Source of the DNA: Candidatus Avispirillum sp.
GTDB lineage: Bacteria > Bacillota > Clostridia > Oscillospirales > CAG-272
Length of the DNA stretch: 64,000 nucleotides
Direction of reading: 5' to 3'
NCBI GenBank assembly: GCA_045641325.1
Contig: JAZUGU010000039.1
Span: 219 to 64,218 of the forward strand
Under the pieces are notes generated by a model. It made no database searches. It was given only the letters and a program-made list of their open reading frames with translations, and was not told the DNA's origin. A program made the translations under genes and the position numbers. Every line of letters begins with the position of its first letter. The first letter of the stretch is position 1. Positions 1 through 9,373 of the stretch are shown here, piece by piece.

Positions 1-1168
1 CGGCGTTGCCGCATATATCAAGGAGACCGGCGACAAGTCCATCCTTGACGATATGGTGCCCTTTGATAACGACGAATCAAAAGCCGCACCCATGCTGGAG
101 CACTTAAAACGCTCCTTCGATCACGTGACCAATAATTTAGGTCCTCACGGTCTGCCCCTTATCGGTCACGCAGATTGGAACGACTGCCTGAACCTTAACT
201 GCTTCTCCGAAACACCCGGCCAGTCCTTCCAGACCGCATCCAACAGAGAGACCGGAGACGTGGCTGAATCCGTGTTCATCGCAGGTATGTTCGTTTCCGT
301 CGCCCCCGATTATATCGCCATGTGCGAGATGAAGGGCAAATTCGACGAAGCGAAAGCGGCAAAAGCGGCGGCAGACAAAATGTACGATGCCGTCATGACC
401 GCAGGTTGGGACGGCGAGTGGTTCGTCCGCGCATACGATGCATTCGGCAACAAGGTCGGAAGTCACGAGTGCGAAGAGGGCCAGATATTCATCGAGCCCC
501 AGGGCTTCTGCATCATGGGCGGCATCGGCGTCAAAGAGGGATATGCCGAAAAAGCACTTGATTCCGTTATCGAGAGACTTGATACCAAATACGGCATCGT
601 CCTCAATAATCCTCCCTATACCAGATATCACGTGGAGCTGGGCGAGATTTCCTCCTATCCTCCGGGATATAAGGAAAACGCAGGTATCTTCTGCCACAAT
701 AACCCCTGGATATCCATTGCCGAAACCGTTATCGGACGCGGTAACCGTGCGTTTGAGGTATATAGAAAGACCTGTCCCGCATACCTTGAGGACATCAGCG
801 AGATCCACCGCACCGAGCCCTACGTATATTCGCAGATGATCGCAGGTAAAGACGCGGTCCGCCACGGCGAGGCGAAAAACTCGTGGCTCACGGGTACCGC
901 CGCATGGACGTTCTATAATATTTCCCGCTATATTCTCGGAGTTATGCCCGAGTATGACGGACTGAGAGTCGATCCCTGCATCCCCGATACCATGAAAGGA
1001 TTTACCGTCACGAGAAAATTCCGCGGCGGCGAGTTTGAGATCAAGGTCGATAATACGTCGGGTGTCTGCAAGGGCGTGAAGTCCGTGGTAATCGACGGAA
1101 AAGCGATCGACGGAAATCTTATCCCGCCCATGCAGGGTAGGCACACAGTTGAAGTAATAATGGGTTAA
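1..1168 (+). CDS. GH94 cellobiose/cellodextrin phosphorylase, C-terminal part (5' end lies outside window)
   Basis: Frame 2 is open from the window edge to TAA 1166-1168. Motifs [39 protein letters not shown] and SWLTGTAAW are typical of the GH94 catalytic domain. Confidence 0.85.
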   Translation, partial: GVAAYIKETGDKSILDDMVPFDNDESKAAPMLEHLKRSFDHVTNNLGPHGLPLIGHADWNDCLNLNCFSETPGQSFQTASNRETGDVAESVFIAGMFVSVAPDYIAMCEMKGKFDEAKAAKAAADKMYDAVMTAGWDGEWFVRAYDAFGNKVGSHECEEGQIFIEPQGFCIMGGIGVKEGYAEKALDSVIERLDTKYGIVLNNPPYTRYHVELGEISSYPPGYKENAGIFCHNNPWISIAETVIGRGNRAFEVYRKTCPAYLEDISEIHRTEPYVYSQMIAGKDAVRHGEAKNSWLTGTAAWTFYNISRYILGVMPEYDGLRVDPCIPDTMKGFTVTRKFRGGEFEIKVDNTSGVCKGVKSVVIDGKAIDGNLIPPMQGRHTVEVIMG

Positions 1169-1175
1169 TGATAAT

Positions 1176-1212
1176 GAAGCGTCCGCCGCCGTGCGGACGC
1201 TTCAATTATTTT
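1176..1212 (+). terminator. Intrinsic terminator after the GH94 gene
   Basis: GC-rich hairpin gaagcgtccgc/gcggacgcttc followed by a T-rich tail. Confidence 0.6.
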
Positions 1213-1222
1213 ACAAAAACAC

Positions 1223-1251
1223 TTGACATTATAAATACAAAATGGTATAAT
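1223..1251 (+). promoter_or_regulatory. Sigma-A type promoter for rpsF-ssb-rpsR
   Basis: TTGACA, 17 nt spacer, TGgTATAAT (extended -10). Confidence 0.55.
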
Positions 1252-1338
1252 GACTCGCGAACGGGTTTTTTGCCCGTCTCTCTGCCGACGAAAAATCCAC
1301 AATGTCGTCGGCCGAAAGTCCATAGGGAGGTGTAAAAT
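1252..1338 (+). promoter_or_regulatory. Structured rpsF 5' leader (possible S6:S18 autoregulatory leader)
   Basis: Two hairpins (acggg...cccgt; gccgacga...tcgtcggc) lie between the promoter and the GGAGG RBS. The family assignment is an inference only. Confidence 0.3.
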
Positions 1339-1650
1339 ATGGAGAAGCTTATGAACTCTTATGAAACCTTGTTCATCATCGACGCAACTCTGTCCGACGA
1401 GGAGATCAAGGCCCTTACGGAAAAGTTCACTGCTCTGATCGCAGAAAACGGAACCGTAGGAGAAGTCAATGAGTGGGGCAAGCGCAGACTCGCTTATCCT
1501 ATCAATGACAAGAATGAGGGATACTACGTTCTCGTCAACTTCGAAGCTGACGGCGAGTTCCCCGCAGAGCTGGAGCGTATCTTCGGTATCACCGAAGGCA
1601 TCATGCGTTCCATCGTGATCCGCCACGAAGACAAAAAAGCACAGGCTTGA
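1339..1650 (+). CDS. rpsF: 30S ribosomal protein S6
   Basis: YETLFII...WGKRRLAYPI...GYYVL signature. GGAGG lies 8 nt upstream. Canonical rpsF-ssb-rpsR order. Confidence 0.95.
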   Translation: MEKLMNSYETLFIIDATLSDEEIKALTEKFTALIAENGTVGEVNEWGKRRLAYPINDKNEGYYVLVNFEADGEFPAELERIFGITEGIMRSIVIRHEDKKAQA

Positions 1651-1683
1651 TAGACAGGTAATATTATAAGAGAGGATATAGTA

Positions 1684-2163
1684 ATGGCTAATTTCAATTT
1701 CAATAAAGTAATCATCGGCGGCAGACTTACTGCTGACCCCGAGCTGAAGACCACTCCTTCCGGAATATCCGTAACGTCCTTCACCGTAGCCGTCAATCGC
1801 AGATTCGGCGGAAAGAGCGGAGAGGATACCCAGGCTGATTTCTTCAACGTAACTGCATGGAGAAACACGGCTGAGTTCGTAACGAGATATTTTAAAAAGG
1901 CAAGCTCTATCTGCGTTGTGGGAACTTTGCAGAACAGAAACTGGACCGATCAGAACGGCGTAAAGCATTACGTTACCGAGATCGTAGCTGATGAAGCACT
2001 TTTTGTTGACGCCAAGAGCGAGAGCCCTGCGGCAGTCAGAGAAGCGGCAAATGCGCCCTACATCCCCGAGTCTTATAATTCCCCTGCATACGCAACACCT
2101 GCTGATCAGGCTTCGGCACCGAAGTTCGAGGAGATCAGCGATGATGAAGATCTGCCCTTCTGA
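1684..2163 (+). CDS. ssb: Single-stranded DNA-binding protein
   Basis: N-terminal OB fold ([16 protein letters not shown]...FFNVTAWR) and acidic C-terminal tip DDEDLPF. Confidence 0.95.
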   Translation: MANFNFNKVIIGGRLTADPELKTTPSGISVTSFTVAVNRRFGGKSGEDTQADFFNVTAWRNTAEFVTRYFKKASSICVVGTLQNRNWTDQNGVKHYVTEIVADEALFVDAKSESPAAVREAANAPYIPESYNSPAYATPADQASAPKFEEISDDEDLPF

Positions 2164-2213
2164 CAGGCAGCAAAACCAATTATTTAAAATTTAACGGAGG
2201 TTTCATTAGAAAC

Positions 2214-2546
2214 ATGGATACAGATATGACTGTTTCAACAGAAGAAGTTGTCGAACAGCCCGCAGCGGAAGTAGCTGAAGCTCCCGCAGAAGAATCCGCC
2301 AGAGCGGAAAGAAGACCTAATCCCAGAATGAACAACCGCAGAAGAAAAAAGGTTTGTATTTTCTGTGAGGATAAGATCGACTATATTGACTACAAAGATA
2401 CCGCAAGACTCAGAAAGTTCATTTCCGAGCGTGGTAAGATCCTGCCCCGCAGAGTAAGCGGCGCGTGCGCAAAGCACCAGAGACAGGTAACCGTGGCTGT
2501 TAAGAGAGCAAGAGTAGTTGCTCTTCTCCCCTACATCAGCGACTAA
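2214..2546 (+). CDS. rpsR: 30S ribosomal protein S18 with about 38-aa acidic N-terminal extension (start uncertain; alternative ATG at 2328)
   Basis: [17 protein letters not shown]...[12 protein letters not shown]...ALLPY core. GGAGG lies 13 nt upstream of 2214. Confidence 0.9.
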   Translation: MDTDMTVSTEEVVEQPAAEVAEAPAEESARAERRPNPRMNNRRRKKVCIFCEDKIDYIDYKDTARLRKFISERGKILPRRVSGACAKHQRQVTVAVKRARVVALLPYISD

Positions 2547-2582
2547 TCAAATTGCATCATACAGCGCAGAGCGCTGAAAAAA

Positions 2583-2611
2583 GAAAACGTGTTTTCACGT
2601 TTTCTTTTTTT
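2583..2611 (+). terminator. Intrinsic terminator of the rpsF operon
   Basis: Hairpin gaaaacgtg-tttt-cacgttttc followed by T7. Confidence 0.7.
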
Positions 2612-2766
2612 GCTGTCGGCGACGTAGGTGCTCGCAGTAGGAAACAACAGCTTCGCCCCTCCCTCACCGATTCTGCATCTGTATGACACAATTTTATGAT
2701 ATGGAAACTTGATTTCGGTTTACTTATCGTATATAATGATATAGAAAATGAGAAAAGGAGAAATCT

Positions 2767-3288
2767 ATGGCACAGCTTTTAATGCGTTGGACAAATGACG
2801 GTACACCCGCAAAGTTTCCCGAGCTTCCGGAAATTATGACCGTTGAAAGAATAAATGAGCGTGAAAACGGCGTCGACGAATGGCTCGATATAGTGCAGTA
2901 TGACCTTGCAGAGGAGCCTGCGACACACGCTTTTTATAAAAAGCTCATGACGGATTTTCCCGGTTATGAGGAAGATAAATGCTATATTTTCTGCCTTGAC
3001 GGCGAACCCGTTGCCACCACCTGCGTTATTTGCAATAAGGAAACCAAAGAGGGCTATATCCATATGGTAGGTTCAAAGCCCGAGATCAGAGGACGGGGCA
3101 TCGGCAGATTGATGAATGACTTTTCCATAGCCGTCATCAAAAGCGAGGGTATGGAAACTGCCCACCTGACCACGGATGACTGGCGGATACCTGCCATCAA
3201 AAGCTATCTCAGATCGGGCTTCGTTCCCGATGAATCCACGGATGATTATAAGGAACGCTGGGCGAAGATAAGAGAAATAATCGGATAA
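2767..3288 (+). CDS. GNAT family N-acetyltransferase
   Basis: Acetyl-CoA binding-type motif IRGRGIGRLM in a roughly 170-aa protein. RBS aaaggag. Confidence 0.7.
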   Translation: MAQLLMRWTNDGTPAKFPELPEIMTVERINERENGVDEWLDIVQYDLAEEPATHAFYKKLMTDFPGYEEDKCYIFCLDGEPVATTCVICNKETKEGYIHMVGSKPEIRGRGIGRLMNDFSIAVIKSEGMETAHLTTDDWRIPAIKSYLRSGFVPDESTDDYKERWAKIREIIG

Positions 3289-3318
3289 AAAGAGTCCCGT
3301 AATCACGGGGCTCTTTTG
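3289..3318. terminator. Bidirectional hairpin between convergent genes
   Basis: agagtcccgt-aatc-acggggctct flanked by A-run and T-run. Confidence 0.5.
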
Positions 3319-4011
3319 CTATTTTTCTATAAGCTCCGAAACGGTGACGAATTCATATCCCTCTGCAAGGAGTCCGGGTATCACCGCCCGCAGTGCATCC
3401 GGGGTGGGGGATTTTCCGCCCACATAATCGTGAAACAGTATGATCGAGCCGTCTTTCGTATTGGAAAGCACGTTCTTCTTTATTTCCGAAACCGGAGTGT
3501 GCGCCCAGTCACGGGTGTCCACTGACCACAGTATGATCCGGTACCCGTTCCCGGCGGCATATCCGGTCACCGCATCGTTGAAAGAGCCGCCCGGCGGGCG
3601 CAGAAGCGCGGTCTTGTACCCGAATTTTTCATTCAGTGCTTTGCCGAAATCACCGACCTCCCGCTCCATTTCCTCACGGTCGGCTTTAAGAAGTGATTTG
3701 TGGTTCAGAGTGTGGTTTCCTATCTCATGTCCTTCTGCGATCTCCCGCTCGATCAGCTCCGGGTAAAGGTCAACGTTTTCACCGATAACGAAAAACGTGG
3801 CTTTTATGCCGTAGTCTTTCAGAATGTCCAGTATCTCATCCGTGTTTTTCGGATGCGGTCCGTCGTCGAAGGTGAGAGCGATCATTTTTCTTCCGGTCGA
3901 GCATGATTTGATGATCTCACCGTTTTGAGCAGCGGATGCCTCCGCAGAAAAGAAAACAGAAAATATCACGGTGAAAACGGCACATAAACATATTGCGGAT
4001 CGTTTCATCAA
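3319..4011 (-). CDS. Secreted polysaccharide deacetylase (NodB/CE4 family)
   Basis: Signal peptide, LTFDDGPH and GNHTLNH motifs. Confidence 0.85.
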   Translation of the reverse strand: MMKRSAICLCAVFTVIFSVFFSAEASAAQNGEIIKSCSTGRKMIALTFDDGPHPKNTDEILDILKDYGIKATFFVIGENVDLYPELIEREIAEGHEIGNHTLNHKSLLKADREEMEREVGDFGKALNEKFGYKTALLRPPGGSFNDAVTGYAAGNGYRIILWSVDTRDWAHTPVSEIKKNVLSNTKDGSIILFHDYVGGKSPTPDALRAVIPGLLAEGYEFVTVSELIEK

Positions 4012-4790
4012 AGCTCATCCGGCAGGGCAAATCTGAAGCCCATGCTCCTCCATTCATCAATAAGATCGCCGAGTATCTCCGCATTGGTGGCGGACGTCGG
4101 GTGGAGAAGAATTATCTCACCGTTGTGGGTACCGGAAAGCACCTTTTCCTTTGCCGCCGCAGGGGACATCTGAGCTGTGTTATCCCAATCCGCATAGGCA
4201 AAGCTCCAGAAAAGCGTTTTGTATCCCATTTCATCAGCCCATTTCAGATTTTCCTCGGAAAAGCGTCCCTCCGGCGGACGGTAGAATTTTCTGCATTCCA
4301 CACCGATTGCGGAGCAGTCATCCTCAAGCCGTTTCAGTTCAGCCTCAAAATCTTCACGGCATTCTTTTGACATATCGTGATGCTGCGCGGTGTGATTACA
4401 TACAAAATGCCCCTCACGGTCCATACGTTTCACAATATCGGGGAAATCCTTCGTCATGTGCTCAAGTATAAAAAACGTGCCGCAAACGTCCTTTTCTTTC
4501 AGAACGTTCAGTATTTTTTCAACGTTTCCGTTCTCATATCCCGCATCAAATGTCAGATATATCACCTTTTCCCGGTCATTCCAGTCGGAATGAGCTTTGT
4601 CGCAGTAATACCCGCCGTGTCCTTCAATAAATGAAAACTGCGTGTCTGCTGCCGGCTGCCTGTGCTCTTTGTTGTGACAGCAGTACCAGCTGAACCCGGA
4701 AGCAGCACAGGGAACTGTCAGCAAAACCGCAATTAAAGCGGCAAATAATGTCTTTCTCATGTTTTTTACCTCCTCTTGTATTTTGAACAA
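4008..4790 (-). CDS. Polysaccharide deacetylase, PdaA-like (CE4 family)
   Basis: Signal peptide, YLTFDAGYENG and CNHTAQHHD motifs. ATGA overlap with the downstream deacetylase. Confidence 0.85.
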   Translation of the reverse strand: MFKIQEEVKNMRKTLFAALIAVLLTVPCAASGFSWYCCHNKEHRQPAADTQFSFIEGHGGYYCDKAHSDWNDREKVIYLTFDAGYENGNVEKILNVLKEKDVCGTFFILEHMTKDFPDIVKRMDREGHFVCNHTAQHHDMSKECREDFEAELKRLEDDCSAIGVECRKFYRPPEGRFSEENLKWADEMGYKTLFWSFAYADWDNTAQMSPAAAKEKVLSGTHNGEIILLHPTSATNAEILGDLIDEWRSMGFRFALPDEL

Positions 4791-4901
4791 AAAAGATGCC
4801 CGGACACGTTGAAAAAAATACCGAAGAAATTTTCAAAAAAATGTTGCAAAAGCAAAACTATTGTGATAGAATACTAAAGGTCGACCGGTCGAAAAGAATA
4901 T

Positions 4902-4977
4902 AGGGGTGTAGTTCAGTTGGTAGAACGGCAGTCTCCAAAACTGCATGTCCAGAGTTCGAGTCTTTGCGCCCCTGCCA
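4902..4977 (+). tRNA. tRNA-Trp (anticodon CCA)
   Basis: Cloverleaf folded by hand. Acceptor aggggtg/cgcccct, anticodon loop ctCCAaa, T-loop ttcgagt, encoded CCA. Confidence 0.95.
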
Positions 4978-4980
4978 AAA

Positions 4981-5010
4981 AATCACTTGCTAAAGCAAGT
5001 GATTTTTTTA
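4981..5010 (+). terminator. Intrinsic terminator after tRNA-Trp
   Basis: aatcacttgc-taaa-gcaagtgatt followed by T7. Confidence 0.7.
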
Positions 5011-5174
5011 TCCGAGCCGCAGGCTTTGTATATCACCCGCCTTATGGCGGTATAGCATAACGGCTTTAGCCGTGTACTTGGCGGAATACTCGCAAATGCT
5101 TTGTGCGTTTTCCGTAATCTTGATTTATCCCTTTATCTGTGGTATAATCGAAAATAGTCCATTTCCCGGAGAAA

Positions 5175-5876
5175 ATGATGAAAAAACACGTTCTTTACAG
5201 CGAAGCAACATATTTCATAGGAATAATTCTCATAGTTATCAGCGTTGTGCTGACGGAAAAAGCAGATTTCGGAATGTCCATGGTCGTTGCCCCCGCATAT
5301 CTTCTGTTCCGCTGGATAAATCCCATGTGGAGCGCTTTTACCTTCGGCATGGCTGAATACTGCTTTCAGGGTGCGCTACTTGTACTTATGATAATCATAC
5401 TGCGGAAATTCCGCGTCAGCTATCTGTTCGCATTCGTCACGGCTGTATTTTACGGATTTGTCCTTGACGGCGGAATGCTCCTCGGCTCTTTTCTCCCCTG
5501 CGATGCTGTGTGGCAGAGGATACTGTATTTTGCCGTGGGCGTTCTCAATTGCGCCGCAGGCGTTGCCATGGTGTTCCGCACCTATTTCATGCCCGAGGTG
5601 TATGACTATTTCGTAAAAGCAGTTGCGGAAAATTTCAATTTCAGTATCAGCGTTTTCAAAACCGTGTACGATTGCATCAGCTGTATCGTCAGTATCGCCA
5701 TGAGTTTTGCCGTGTTCGGTATGTGGAAATTTGTCGGCATCGGCATCGGCACGGTTGTATTTGCACTTATCAACGGATTTCTTATCGGCAGATTTTCAAA
5801 GCTTTACGATAAACTGTTTATTTTCAAGGACGCTCTGCCGTGGCGGACGTTCTTTACCGGGGAGGAAAGACTGTGA
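5175..5876 (+). CDS. Integral membrane protein (about 6 TM, YczE-like); function unknown
   Basis: Hydrophobic segments throughout. Extended -10 promoter upstream. Family call is tentative. Confidence 0.7.
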   Translation: MMKKHVLYSEATYFIGIILIVISVVLTEKADFGMSMVVAPAYLLFRWINPMWSAFTFGMAEYCFQGALLVLMIIILRKFRVSYLFAFVTAVFYGFVLDGGMLLGSFLPCDAVWQRILYFAVGVLNCAAGVAMVFRTYFMPEVYDYFVKAVAENFNFSISVFKTVYDCISCIVSIAMSFAVFGMWKFVGIGIGTVVFALINGFLIGRFSKLYDKLFIFKDALPWRTFFTGEERL

Positions 5877-6643
5877 CGGATTATGCGATCGAAAGAGAAA
5901 AATGTTTAGAAACCGCAAACGAAACGGTAAAGGAACTGATAGAGAGAAGATCCGTGAGAGCCTTTGAAAAAAAGGATATCCCGGAGGACGTAAAAAAAGC
6001 CATCCTGCTCGCATCAGCTGAGGCCCCCTCTGCCGGATGTCAGCAGCTTTATACGATAATCGACGTGACTGACAAAAGCCTTCGTGAAAAGCTTTCCGTC
6101 ACCTGTGACAATCAGCCTTTCATTGCGGAAGCACCCATGGTGCTCATTTTCTGCGCCGATTGCAGAAAATGGTATGATGCATTCACAGAGGCGGGATGTG
6201 AACCGAGAACCCCCGGAGCGGGTGATATCCTTCTGGCTGTAACCGATGCGGCGATAGCCGCACAGAATTCCGTGTGCGCCGCATGGAGCATGGGTATCGG
6301 CTCCTGCTATATCGGCGATATATTGGAGCAGTACGAAAAGCACAGAGAAATGCTCCGTCTGCCCGATTACGTGATCCCCGCCGTTATGGTGGTGTTCGGC
6401 TATCCCACGGAACAGCAGAAAAACAGAAAGAAGCCCGAAAGGGCGGCAATGGAATATGTAGTTTCCGAAAACACATACCCGGAAAGAAGCGGAGAGGATT
6501 TCCGCAGGATGTTCGATGAGCGCAGAGGCAATCAGACCTATGACGATTGGATGAGAAAGTTCTGCGACAGAAAATTCAATTCCGATTTTTCAAAAGAAAT
6601 GACACGCTCCTGCGAAGAATACCTGAAACAGTTCAATAAATGA
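5873..6643 (+). CDS. Nitroreductase family protein
   Basis: RRSVRAF motif and FMN-nitroreductase-like core. GTG start overlaps the upstream stop (GTGA) behind GGAGGAAAG. The ORF-track start at 5840 lies inside the upstream gene. Confidence 0.85.
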   Translation: MTDYAIEREKCLETANETVKELIERRSVRAFEKKDIPEDVKKAILLASAEAPSAGCQQLYTIIDVTDKSLREKLSVTCDNQPFIAEAPMVLIFCADCRKWYDAFTEAGCEPRTPGAGDILLAVTDAAIAAQNSVCAAWSMGIGSCYIGDILEQYEKHREMLRLPDYVIPAVMVVFGYPTEQQKNRKKPERAAMEYVVSENTYPERSGEDFRRMFDERRGNQTYDDWMRKFCDRKFNSDFSKEMTRSCEEYLKQFNK

Positions 6644-6645
6644 TA

Positions 6646-6685
6646 AAAGCCGGCAGAAATTTCTGCCGGCTTTATATTATTTTTA
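6646..6685 (+). terminator. Intrinsic terminator
   Basis: agccggcagaa-at-ttctgccggct followed by a T-rich tail. Confidence 0.7.
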
Positions 6686-6694
6686 TAAAATGTA

Positions 6695-6723
6695 TTCAAA
6701 TCCGGAAAGGATTATGGTATAAT
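6695..6723 (+). promoter_or_regulatory. Sigma-A type promoter of the STAS operon
   Basis: TTCAAA, 17 nt spacer, TGgTATAAT. Confidence 0.55.
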
Positions 6724-6771
6724 ACCATTGGAATATTGTTAAAAGACAATGCTTAAGACCGGGAGGCTAAT

Positions 6772-7068
6772 ATGAATATTATTAAAAGCGGCGAAAACAA
6801 TGCTCTCACGTTTGCCATCGAGGGCAGACTGGATACCAATACCGCACCTCAGCTTGAGGCGGAGCTTGCGGGCGCACTTGAGGGTGTGACAGAACTGGTA
6901 TTTGATTTTGAAAAGCTGGAATACATATCTTCTGCGGGACTCCGCGTCATACTGTCCGTCCAGAAAGAGATGAAAAACAAGGGTACCTTTGTGATCAGAA
7001 ACGTCTGTGACGGTATTATGGACGTATTTGAAATAACCGGATTTTCCGATATTCTGACAATAGAATAA
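6772..7068 (+). CDS. STAS domain protein (anti-sigma-factor antagonist family)
   Basis: 98 aa. [12 protein letters not shown]...[13 protein letters not shown]...[10 protein letters not shown] matches the SpoIIAA/RsbV-type STAS pattern, including the serine position. Confidence 0.85.
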   Translation: MNIIKSGENNALTFAIEGRLDTNTAPQLEAELAGALEGVTELVFDFEKLEYISSAGLRVILSVQKEMKNKGTFVIRNVCDGIMDVFEITGFSDILTIE

Positions 7069-7082
7069 AAAAGGCGGGAATT

Positions 7083-7841
7083 ATGGAAAAATCATACCAT
7101 ATCGGCTTTGACGAGGGCCACGGCGCGCGCTATGCCATCCTTCCCGGAGATCCCGGAAGAGTGGAAGAAATAGCCGGCTATCTCGATAATCCCGGATTCC
7201 ATTGCAGACAGCGTGAATATACCACATGGCTCGGAGAGCTTGAGGGCGAAAAGGTACTGGTCATGTCCACCGGTATGGGAGGTCCTTCCACGGCGATCGG
7301 CGTGGAGGAGCTTTACAGGACCGGTGTGGATACCTTTATTCGTGTGGGCACGTGCGGCGCAATGCAGAAGGAGATCGTCGGAGGCGATATAGTTATCGCA
7401 ACCGGTGCCATTCGCATGGAGGGAACCACGAAAGAATACGTTCCCATAGAGTTCCCCGCAGTAGCCGATCTTGACGTGGCGAATGCTCTCGTCGGTGCGG
7501 CGAAAAAACTGGGGCATACTCATTATGCGGGTGTTGTGCAATGTAAAGATTCGTTCTACGGACAGCATGACCCGGACCGTATGCCCGCAGGCTATGAGCT
7601 CAACGAAAAGTGGAACGCATGGATCATGGCAGGATGCCTCGCATCCGAAATGGAGAGCGCCGCTCTCTATATCGTGTCATCCGTTCTTCGCGCCAGAGCC
7701 GGGGCGGTTTTCTCCGTCGTGTGGAACCAGGAAAGAGCAAAGCTCGGTCTTTCCAACCCCGAGATCCACGACAACAGCCGCTCCATTTCCACAGCTGTGG
7801 AAGCAATCAGAACACTGATACTCAAAGATAAAGCAGAATAA
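7083..7841 (+). CDS. udp: Uridine phosphorylase
   Basis: [34 protein letters not shown] and EMESAAL motifs are collinear with Udp/PNP-UDP family 1. Confidence 0.9.
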   Translation: MEKSYHIGFDEGHGARYAILPGDPGRVEEIAGYLDNPGFHCRQREYTTWLGELEGEKVLVMSTGMGGPSTAIGVEELYRTGVDTFIRVGTCGAMQKEIVGGDIVIATGAIRMEGTTKEYVPIEFPAVADLDVANALVGAAKKLGHTHYAGVVQCKDSFYGQHDPDRMPAGYELNEKWNAWIMAGCLASEMESAALYIVSSVLRARAGAVFSVVWNQERAKLGLSNPEIHDNSRSISTAVEAIRTLILKDKAE

Positions 7842-7854
7842 ACGAGGTCGATCA

Positions 7855-9027
7855 ATGAACTATACCGCAGAAAACGAAATACTGACTCTTTTCCTTTCCG
7901 GCAGGGTGGATTCTTCCAACTCCGATGCCGTATGCGCGGATGCAGAAAAAATCATCGCGGAAAATGCGCACACCGCTCTGGTGATAGATGCAGGCGAGCT
8001 TGAATATATCTCCAGCGCAGGACTCAGAGTCATTCTCAGAATAAGAAAAAGCGAGCCCACGCTCCGGATCATTAACGTTACCTCGGATATTTACGAGATA
8101 TTCGAAATGACGGGATTTTCCGAAATGATCCCCATCGAAAAAGCATATAAAGAGCTTTCCGTTGACGGATGCGAGATCATAGGCGAGGGCGCAAAGGGAA
8201 TAGTGTACCGTTATAACGACGATACGATCGTCAAAGTGTATAAGAATGCGGACAGCCTTCCGGACATACAGAACGAAAGAAAACTTGCAAGATGTGCATT
8301 CGTGCTCGGTATCCCCACAGCCATGTCTTACGATATCGTAAAAGTGGGCGAAAGCTACGGCTCCGTTTTCGAGCTTCTTTCCGCAAAGTCTTATTCCGAG
8401 ATGCTCGTGATAGATCCCGATAACCGTGATAAATATATTTCGGATTGTGTTGAGCTTCTTAAAAAGATCCACAGCACAAAGGTGAAAGCTGACGATATGC
8501 CCGATATGAAGATATTCGTCAGAGACTGGCTGAAAACCGCATCTCCTTTCCTCGAAAAAGACGATGCCGAAAAGCTTTCACGCCTTATAGAAGAGACACC
8601 CGATACAAGCACGATGCTCCATTGCGATTTCCATACGAACAATGTCATGAACCAGAACGGGGAAACGCTTCTCATCGACATGGACACGCTCAGCCACGGA
8701 CATCCTGTATTCGAGCTTGCCAATATGTACATAACGTACGTGGGCTTTGGAGAGCACGATCCGTCGATGGTCGAGAAGTTTCTGAAACTGCCCTATGATA
8801 CGGCAAAGTATATCTGGGACAGATCAATTGCTCTGTATCTCGGCACGGAAGACAAGGAGAAAATCGCCGTGGTGGAGAACAAAGCCAAGCTTATCGCATA
8901 CCTCAGGCTGGCCCGCCATTTTGCCCGCCGCGGAGACAGTATAAACGAAAAGGAACGTGAAACCATAAAATATGCCGCAGGGCGTATAAGAGAACTTATA
9001 GACGGTATAGATACCCTTGATTTCTGA
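7855..9027 (+). CDS. STAS domain fused to APH/choline-kinase-fold phosphotransferase
   Basis: Residues 1-95 are STAS ([23 protein letters not shown]). The rest has a kinase-like N-lobe (GEGAKGIVYR...VKVYK), a catalytic loop HCDFHTNNVM and LIDMD. Confidence 0.85.
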   Translation: MNYTAENEILTLFLSGRVDSSNSDAVCADAEKIIAENAHTALVIDAGELEYISSAGLRVILRIRKSEPTLRIINVTSDIYEIFEMTGFSEMIPIEKAYKELSVDGCEIIGEGAKGIVYRYNDDTIVKVYKNADSLPDIQNERKLARCAFVLGIPTAMSYDIVKVGESYGSVFELLSAKSYSEMLVIDPDNRDKYISDCVELLKKIHSTKVKADDMPDMKIFVRDWLKTASPFLEKDDAEKLSRLIEETPDTSTMLHCDFHTNNVMNQNGETLLIDMDTLSHGHPVFELANMYITYVGFGEHDPSMVEKFLKLPYDTAKYIWDRSIALYLGTEDKEKIAVVENKAKLIAYLRLARHFARRGDSINEKERETIKYAAGRIRELIDGIDTLDF

Positions 9028-9040
9028 AAGGAGAAATAAC

Positions 9041-9367
9041 GTGAAGCTTATAACCGCAATAATCAACAAAAGAGATTCCGGAGAAGTATGCCATTCTCTT
9101 TCCGAGGCGGGATACTACTTTACGAAAATCGCCACCTCCGGAGGCTTCCTCAGTTCGGGAAACGTAACGCTTCTCATCGGTACAGAGGATGAGAAGGTGG
9201 AGGGTGCCCTCGAGATCATCAGAAAGAATTCCGCGCAGAGAGTGGAGGCAGTCCCCGATGCATCCTACGGCGAGTCCGTCTCCTTCATTTCTCCGTCCCC
9301 CGTAACGGTTCCGGTAGGCGGCGCCACGGTGTTTGTGACTGACGTGTACCATTACGAAAAAATGTAA
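9041..9367 (+). CDS. darA: Cyclic-di-AMP receptor, PII-like (DUF970)
   Basis: KLITAII...FTKIATSGGFLSSGN...GGATVFV is collinear with B. subtilis YaaQ/DarA as I recall it. GTG start 9 nt after aaaGGAG. Confidence 0.9.
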   Translation: MKLITAIINKRDSGEVCHSLSEAGYYFTKIATSGGFLSSGNVTLLIGTEDEKVEGALEIIRKNSAQRVEAVPDASYGESVSFISPSPVTVPVGGATVFVTDVYHYEKM

Positions 9368-9373
9368 GGTGCG

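Noticed and set aside
137-1144. 335-aa ORF antisense to the GH94 phosphorylase
   Set aside because: It lies entirely inside a well-supported gene, has no motifs and no translation signals. It is an antisense-frame artefact.
1270-1285. DnaA-box-like sequence (aaatccaca) suggesting an origin near rpsF-ssb
   Set aside because: It is a single 7/9 match inside a leader hairpin, with no cluster of boxes and no AT-rich unwinding element.
5072-5356. 94-aa ORF overlapping the start of the membrane-protein gene
   Set aside because: It begins in the promoter region, overlaps the better-supported 233-aa membrane ORF in another frame, and has no RBS.
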